Source of the DNA: Candidatus Binatia bacterium
GTDB taxonomy: Bacteria > Desulfobacterota > Binatia > Bin18
DNA: 64,000 nucleotides
Direction: 5' to 3'
Assembly: GCA_963664395.2 (NCBI GenBank)
Contig: OY761159.2
Location: 4,448,001-4,512,000, forward strand
A program made the position numbers and the translations under genes. The notes beneath the pieces are model-generated. The model was not told the origin of the DNA, ran no database searches, and saw only the letters and a program-made list of their open reading frames with translations. Positions 58,180 to 64,000 of this stretch are shown piece after piece (within the stretch, counting starts at the first letter, position 1; each line of letters opens with the position of its first letter).

Positions 58180-60447
58180 TTATGAGTGCAGCGTGATCGG
58201 CTCAAGCGCATCACTCTGAGCAGTGACCTCGCCTATAATAGCCGCGTCCTGATAGCCCAGAGCCCGAAGCTCCTGCAGACACGTCGGCGCGCGGTCAGCC
58301 GGGATACTGGCCAGGAGTCCACCGGCGGTCTGCGGATCAAACAGGAGCGCATAGTGCGGATGCTGCGCCGCACGTTCAACCTCACGAATAGCCCGCCGCA
58401 GCCGAATGTTCTGCGGTTGCAGGGACGAAAAAATTCCCTGCTGAACGACCTCCAGCGCGCCGGGCAGGATCGGGAGCTGTTCCATATTGAGGGCAACGTC
58501 AACAGCCGAGGCGCGGACCATTTCCATCAAATGGCCGAGTAAGCCGAATCCGGTCACGTCGGTCATGGCGGTTGCGCCGTGCTGACGCAGGCAGTCTGCT
58601 CCGGCCCGATTTGACTGCCGCATGGAGGCCAGCGCGGCTTCGATCCAGCGGCCTTTAGCTTTTTGCCGCATGTCCGCGGCAAACAACACGCCGGTGCCCA
58701 ACGCCTTGGTCAGGATCAGAGCCTGTCCCGGCTGCATGCCACTTTTTTTCAGCACGGATTCCTGACTTACCAGGCCGTTGATTGCAAATCCAAGTGCCAG
58801 TTCGCTGCCTTCGCTGGTATGCCCTCCGACAAGGGCCGTCTGTTCCTGGTTAAGAACCTCCAAGGCCCCGGCCATGAGCTGCGTGAGCTGGTCCTGTACC
58901 TTGTCTTCCAACCCATACGGAATGGTGACCATGGCCAGAGCGGTCTGCGGCTCGGCACCCATAGCAAAGATGTCACCCAGGGCATGGGTGGCCGCGATTT
59001 GGCCAAAGACAAACGGGTCTTCAATAAAAGCCCGAAAAAAATCAACGGTCTGCACCACCGCTTTTCCGGGTGGAACCGTAACCACGGCCGCATCGTCCGG
59101 TGCGTGCAAGCCAACGATAACGTCGGAACGGTCAACCGGCTCAAGACGCGCCAGGGCCCGATTCAGGACGGTGCTGCCGACCTTGGAGCCGCAGCCACCA
59201 CAGCGCATGGCGAAAGCGGAAATCTCTTTGAGGACGTGCGCGTCGGCCAGTCCCTGCTCTACCCGAGCCGGCTCAGCTTCGGGCATGTCCGGCAGCTCGT
59301 TGTATTTGCGGATAAAGCGCCGGTCGATCCAGTCCTTCCACCCCCAGACCCACTTGCCTTCACCCGCCCAGCGCGACCGTGAGGCCACCGCATATTGGTC
59401 TCCGGTAGAGATCAGGCTCAGAAACTGCTTTTGCGGCACAAAGGCTTTGACCGCTTGGCCACGCAGGAAGCGGCGCAGATTCTTGGCCAGCGGCGGGCCT
59501 TGCCGCACGGCGAACACGCCCGATTTTGGGCGGGTATAGTTGACCACCGCGGCGATATCCCCGGCGGCAAAGACCTCGGGATGGGAAACGGACTGGAGCG
59601 TATCCTGCACGGAGATAAAACCCTGCTCGTCCGTCGCCAGCCCGGACTCCCCCGGCCAGTCGGCGGCGCCGGCCGTGGTGACCCACAGAATCTCATCCAG
59701 AGCGAGTTGGGTATCATCAGCAAAACGAATGCATCCCTCGGTAGCGCCGGTGACGAGACAATCCGTTCGGACCTCAACTCCACGCTGCGTGAGAATGCGC
59801 CGAAACGCGGCGCGGACGCGCGGGTTGTGGGTCGGCAGAATCTCGGACGCCGCGCTAATGAGGGAAAAAACAAGATGGTCGGCCGACCGCTTTTGCTGGG
59901 CGAGCAGGTGTTCGAGACGATATTGGACGGCCAGCAAGAGTTCCACACTCCCGGCTCCGCCGCCGATGACACCGATAGTCGTGCGTTCGGTGCGAGCCAG
60001 ACAGCGCTCTCGCAGCTTTTCCCACTGCCGCCAAAAACCGTCTATAGGCTTGACGGCCACACCGGTGTGCGTAGCACCGGGGATATGCGCAATGGCAGGC
60101 GTCGCCCCGATATTAATGGACAGCACATCATAGGCTACGGGCGGGCGGTTGCGACACACAACCTGCTTGTTCGCCAGGTCCAGACCGGTTACCTCATCAT
60201 GAAAAAATCGTGCCTCAGCAAACCGGGACAGCGGCCCAAGATCGATATGGGCCTGATCGAAGCTATAATGTCCGGCAATATAGCCGGGTAACATGCCGGA
60301 ATATGGCGCGTGGCTATCCCGGCAAATCAGCGTCACGCGCACGCCCGGCAGCGGCTTCATCCCAAATTGTTTCAGCACCGTGACATGACTGTGACCGCCG
60401 CCAATGAGGACCAAGTCTTTGACTACCGGAGTGTGTGTCGTCCTCAC
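58180..60447 (-). CDS. selD: Selenide, water dikinase fused to N-terminal FAD-dependent pyridine nucleotide-disulfide oxidoreductase
   Basis: [19 protein letters not shown]; [51 protein letters not shown]. Confidence 0.95.
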   Translation of the reverse strand: MRTTHTPVVKDLVLIGGGHSHVTVLKQFGMKPLPGVRVTLICRDSHAPYSGMLPGYIAGHYSFDQAHIDLGPLSRFAEARFFHDEVTGLDLANKQVVCRNRPPVAYDVLSINIGATPAIAHIPGATHTGVAVKPIDGFWRQWEKLRERCLARTERTTIGVIGGGAGSVELLLAVQYRLEHLLAQQKRSADHLVFSLISAASEILPTHNPRVRAAFRRILTQRGVEVRTDCLVTGATEGCIRFADDTQLALDEILWVTTAGAADWPGESGLATDEQGFISVQDTLQSVSHPEVFAAGDIAAVVNYTRPKSGVFAVRQGPPLAKNLRRFLRGQAVKAFVPQKQFLSLISTGDQYAVASRSRWAGEGKWVWGWKDWIDRRFIRKYNELPDMPEAEPARVEQGLADAHVLKEISAFAMRCGGCGSKVGSTVLNRALARLEPVDRSDVIVGLHAPDDAAVVTVPPGKAVVQTVDFFRAFIEDPFVFGQIAATHALGDIFAMGAEPQTALAMVTIPYGLEDKVQDQLTQLMAGALEVLNQEQTALVGGHTSEGSELALGFAINGLVSQESVLKKSGMQPGQALILTKALGTGVLFAADMRQKAKGRWIEAALASMRQSNRAGADCLRQHGATAMTDVTGFGLLGHLMEMVRASAVDVALNMEQLPILPGALEVVQQGIFSSLQPQNIRLRRAIREVERAAQHPHYALLFDPQTAGGLLASIPADRAPTCLQELRALGYQDAAIIGEVTAQSDALEPITLHS

Positions 60448-60470
60448 AAAAGATATCCTTCAGTGCGGCA

Positions 60471-60578
60471 GGAACCCACCCCACCGCTACGCGGCACCCC
60501 TCCGGGGAGGGGATAATCAGGACCACCCCTCCTCGGAGGGGCGGTCCTGAGCTTGTCGAAGGGCCGGGGTGGGTTCCC
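60471..60578. repeat. Inverted pair of REP-like palindromes (second is chimeric)
   Basis: ggaacccacccc..cacccctcc..gagggg / cccctcc..ggagggg.ggtcctgagcttgtcgaagggccggggtgggttcc. Confidence 0.78.
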
Positions 60579-60604
60579 GGCCTGAAGTAAAACACGCGGT
60601 GATG

Positions 60605-62677
60605 CTATTCTCGCCGCAAGAGAAGATTGCCGCTCACGTCATGCCGGACTGTCCAGTCGGGCGGAACAACCACCGTAGTATCCGGTTCTTCCACAATAAG
60701 GGGGCCACTTTGGACCTGTTTAATATCAGTGCGCTGATATATCGCGGCCTCGCACTCGCCCGCCTGCGGGCCGAAATACGCCGTGCGTGAAGCAGTGCCC
60801 GAAGATGGAGAAGCAGCATCACTCCCGCTCCCGTGACCATCCGCGCCAGTGAGATCAGTAAAACGCAGGTGTCCGGAGGAGGCCAAGGCTCGCAGACGGA
60901 CGCTGACCAGCTCAATCGTATCGGCTCGATCATAGCCGAATGCCTGCCTGTGGGCTTCAGTGAATAGGTGTGCCAATCGGTCCTGCATGGCGTCCTCAGT
61001 CACTTCAGGAAACGGCAGAGTCAGCTCCGCCACTTGATAGCCATACTTGAGATCGACCTGGCGCTCAAAGCGAACCTGATCTGCGGCAATACCTTCTTGG
61101 ACTAACTCGGCCCGGGCCTGCGTCTCAAGCTCCTCGTATTGGCGCAGTACGGTCCGCGGAGCGACCTGATCCAAAGCCAGGGCCACGCTGCGAATATAGT
61201 CGTGGCGATAATCCGCCAGTAATAACCCGAGGGCACTGAATAAGCCCGGATAGAGCGGAATCTGAACCCGCGTCATGCTCAGACTGTCTGCCAGCGCGGC
61301 GGCATGCATCGGCCCGGCCCCGCCAAACGCAACCAAGGTAAAGGCACGCGGGTCTCGGCCGCGTTCGGTCGAGACGGCCCGCAGGGCGCGCATCATGGTC
61401 GCGTTTGCCACCTGCGTGATGCCATAGGCCGCGGCCTGGACTTCCATATTGAGCGGTCGGGCGATTTTTTGCGCAATCGCGGTCCAGGCGGCCTGGCGGT
61501 CGATGGTCAGAGTTGCCCCAGCGATAGCGTCGGGATTCATATAGCCGAGCACCACATTGGCATCAGTCACGGTCGGCTCGGTTCCGCCCCGACCATAACA
61601 GGCCGGACCAGGGTCCGCGCTCGCACTCTGGGGGCCGACCCGTAATGCGCCGCCTTCATCTATCCAGGCAATACTGCCCCCGCCGGCTCCAACTTCCACG
61701 ATATCAAGCGAGGGGACGCGCAGGGCATGCCCGCCCCCGCCGAACAAGCGCGTGGTCGTGGTTGCGCCGCCACCGATCTCACCGCCGGGCTTTTCGAGTG
61801 GCACGCCGTTTTCAATCAGGCAGGCTTTCGCGGTCGTCCCACCCATGTCAAACGATAACACTTGATCCTGCTGCGTCTCTTGGGCAAAGCGCGCCGCGGC
61901 CAGCACGCCGGCAGCCGGACCCGATTCAATCATATACGCGGGCCGGCGCCGGGCGGCTTGGGCGCTCATGATGCCGCCGTTGGACTGCATAATCAGGACG
62001 CGCTCGCTATAGGTCGAAAGGTGCTGTTCCAGTCGGGTGAGATAGCGATCAACAACCGGAATCAGTGACGCATTAATGACGGTCGTGCTGGTGCGTTCAT
62101 ACTCGCGAATCTCGGGATGGATATCGCACGACAGACACACCACCGTATCCGGCGCCGCTTCGGCGATGAGCTGTCCAAGCTGCCGTTCGTGGGTCGGATT
62201 GAGATACGAGTTCACCAGGCAAACGGCGATCGCTTCGACACCAGCGGCCAGAAGCTGTTGGATCATGGCCCTGGCTTGCACAGGATCAAGCGAACGCTCG
62301 ACACTACCATTGCCTAAAATTCGCTCCTGAACTTCCAAACGCAGCGAACGGGGCACGAGCGGGGGCAGACGGTCCCAGTCCGCATCGTAGATATTGGGCC
62401 GGCGCTGCCCGCGCATTTCGAGTTCGTCCCGAAAGCCCTGGGTGGTAATCAGTCCGGTCCGCGCGGTGGTGTCTTCGATTACGGCGTTCGAGGCAATGGT
62501 TGTGCCGTGGACGAAGCCCTCGACCTGGGCCTGCGCATCGACCTCGCGCACACATTGGACGATGTCTTCGCCAACCCGGTCGAGCAGCGAGAGCACTTTT
62601 GTGGTAGACAGGCGTCCATCGTCGCCAACCACAATGACATCCGTAAATGTTCCACCGATATCAAAGCCTATACGCAT
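60605..62677 (-). CDS. hyuA: Hydantoinase A / 5-oxoprolinase family subunit
   Basis: DIGGTFTD, HGTT, REYERTST, ESGPAAGV, DMGGTT, GAGGGS, PTVTDA, FGGAGPMH. Confidence 0.95.
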   Translation of the reverse strand: MRIGFDIGGTFTDVIVVGDDGRLSTTKVLSLLDRVGEDIVQCVREVDAQAQVEGFVHGTTIASNAVIEDTTARTGLITTQGFRDELEMRGQRRPNIYDADWDRLPPLVPRSLRLEVQERILGNGSVERSLDPVQARAMIQQLLAAGVEAIAVCLVNSYLNPTHERQLGQLIAEAAPDTVVCLSCDIHPEIREYERTSTTVINASLIPVVDRYLTRLEQHLSTYSERVLIMQSNGGIMSAQAARRRPAYMIESGPAAGVLAAARFAQETQQDQVLSFDMGGTTAKACLIENGVPLEKPGGEIGGGATTTTRLFGGGGHALRVPSLDIVEVGAGGGSIAWIDEGGALRVGPQSASADPGPACYGRGGTEPTVTDANVVLGYMNPDAIAGATLTIDRQAAWTAIAQKIARPLNMEVQAAAYGITQVANATMMRALRAVSTERGRDPRAFTLVAFGGAGPMHAAALADSLSMTRVQIPLYPGLFSALGLLLADYRHDYIRSVALALDQVAPRTVLRQYEELETQARAELVQEGIAADQVRFERQVDLKYGYQVAELTLPFPEVTEDAMQDRLAHLFTEAHRQAFGYDRADTIELVSVRLRALASSGHLRFTDLTGADGHGSGSDAASPSSGTASRTAYFGPQAGECEAAIYQRTDIKQVQSGPLIVEEPDTTVVVPPDWTVRHDVSGNLLLRRE

Positions 62678-62742
62678 GGAGAGGCTATACCATATCGAAT
62701 CGTCTATCCAAACGGTGTATGCTTTATTGAAGGCAGCGAGAA

Positions 62743-62947
62743 ATGAGAATTCTCCACAACGAGAAGCAGAAAGATAATGTAGCGAAATTCTTTTGGGATG
62801 CTGCCAAGATTGCTCTGGCAGCACTCGTTCTTGGACCCATCGCCAAGCCAGAAGTTCTCCAACCCTGGTATTGGCCTTGGGGTACTTGCGACCTTCGCAT
62901 TTGCGCTTCTCGGTTACTTATTTGATGGAATGGAGGTTTCTTCATGA
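62743..62947 (+). pseudogene. Small two-TM membrane protein, frameshifted near 62870
   Basis: KQKDNVAKFFWDAAKIALAALVLG continues in another frame as IGLGVLATFAFALLGYLFDGMEVSS*. Confidence 0.55.
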
Positions 62948-63054
62948 ACCCATTAGGCATCGTCTTTCTCGTGATGCTAGGCATTGCCGCTGTAGGATTT
63001 CTCATTTTCTTTCTGGATAGCGGATTACGCCGGAAGGAACGACAATCCGAGTAG
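62944..63054 (+). CDS. 36-aa single-TM peptide
   Basis: GGAGGT RBS, ATGA coupling; MNPLGIVFLVMLGIAAVGFLIFFLDSGLRRKERQSE. Confidence 0.55.
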   Translation: MNPLGIVFLVMLGIAAVGFLIFFLDSGLRRKERQSE

Positions 63055-63091
63055 GGGGAGCGTATCCGGGCTAAAACCGAGCTTTGCACGT

Positions 63092-63131
63092 TCCCTCACC
63101 CCGGCCCTCTCCCCTGAGGGGAGAGGGAGAT
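63092..63131. repeat. REP-like palindrome
   Basis: tccctcaccccggccctctcccctgagggggagagggaga. Confidence 0.78.
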
Positions 63132-63151
63132 GGGAAACGCCCGACCCTCGA

Positions 63152-64000
63152 TTAGTCTGCTGCCGCAGCCGGTTGCAAGCGGGTGGCCCGCAATGCCTCG
63201 GTTTCCGGCATCTTGACCTCGGCCGTGGCCACATCAATCACCACACCATACTGCTCGCGCGCATTCGAGAGAGACAGCTTCTCATCCTGCACGTCGGACA
63301 GAACGCGCGCGGGGTCGCGTTCCAAGGGGTTGCCGTGCCCGCCCGAGCCGGACACGATGTGGTGAATGCAATCGCCTGATTTCACATCCATATGCATATG
63401 GGCTTTGCGCGGTAGCTCCCGGTTCTCTGTTTCTGGATTCAGAATATTCCTGGACAGCGAGCCGGGCGCGCCGCCGGCCATCCCCTCAGACGCCCGAATG
63501 AGACGATTCGTGCGGACCATGACTTTTCCGGGACTCAGGAAGCGCCACTGTTTATAGATGGACACCGAGCCACGATACTTCCCGGCCCCGCCCGTATCCG
63601 GCACATAGCCAAAGCCGTCAACGACCAGCGGAAATTCACGTTCGAGCATTTCGGCTGGAATCGTTCCGTACGACCCAAAGGCCATGGGGGCCACGCCATC
63701 AATTCCGTCCTTATGCGGCCGTCCACCCCAGCCACCAAAGAAAATATCCATCACCGCAAACGGCGTCCCGTCTTCTTTTTCGCCAGTGAAGTGCAACACG
63801 TCCCCGCCCTCTCCAGGGATAGGCACCCGGTCGGGCAGCGCCTTTGCCAGGGCCCGAAACAGCATATCGAAAACGCGAAAGAATAAAGGGGCACGCCCAC
63901 CAACCGCGGCAGGAAAGCGCGGATTCACCAAGCTGCCAGCGGGCGCAATGACGTGTATGGGTCGAATAAATCCCACATTGGTTAAGACATCCGGACTGAC
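63152..64000 (-). CDS. hyuB: Hydantoinase B / oxoprolinase family subunit (5'-truncated by window)
   Basis: PAGSLVNP.FPAAV, GGWGGR..DG, PDTGGAGKYRG, GSGGHGNPLERDP. Confidence 0.93.
   Translation of the reverse strand, partial: VSPDVLTNVGFIRPIHVIAPAGSLVNPRFPAAVGGRAPLFFRVFDMLFRALAKALPDRVPIPGEGGDVLHFTGEKEDGTPFAVMDIFFGGWGGRPHKDGIDGVAPMAFGSYGTIPAEMLEREFPLVVDGFGYVPDTGGAGKYRGSVSIYKQWRFLSPGKVMVRTNRLIRASEGMAGGAPGSLSRNILNPETENRELPRKAHMHMDVKSGDCIHHIVSGSGGHGNPLERDPARVLSDVQDEKLSLSNAREQYGVVIDVATAEVKMPETEALRATRLQPAAAAD

Noticed and set aside
59180-59210. Selenocysteine recoding in SelD
   Set aside because: The active-site codons are Cys with no in-frame TGA.

Overview
A GC-rich bacterial chromosomal segment with no rRNA, tRNA or CRISPR array visible. 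The gene content suggests a sponge-symbiont, Binatia/'Deltaproteobacteria'-like genome; this is an inference from the several LLM-class oxidoreductases and the LRR/FN3/spondin surface proteins. Backbone: metabolic genes (LLMs, SDRs, hydrolases, acyl-CoA dehydrogenase, a frameshifted DAHP synthase, a SelD fusion, hydantoinase A/B) and a split K+ channel-YbjN-PspA-DUF4178 / lipoprotein-DUF350-SpeE module. Defence content: a helicase-less type ISP/IIG-like R-M gene, an orphan hicB between 82-bp direct repeats, and an island with a ~2065-aa TPR/PIN protein facing a RES/ART-like gene pair. Most notable: four secreted-protein genes with unrelated N-terminal cargo share a conserved ~135-aa Cys-containing C-terminal domain (7 copies in total), and three of them share a 5' upstream motif. 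Two sit as tandem islets in the 3' end of a NUDIX gene, bounded by displaced copies of that 3' end (one mostly synonymously diverged, one more degenerate), with no integrase in the window. Also seen: a candidate anti-Shine-Dalgarno sRNA, an IS982 remnant and several interleaved REP-like palindrome families.
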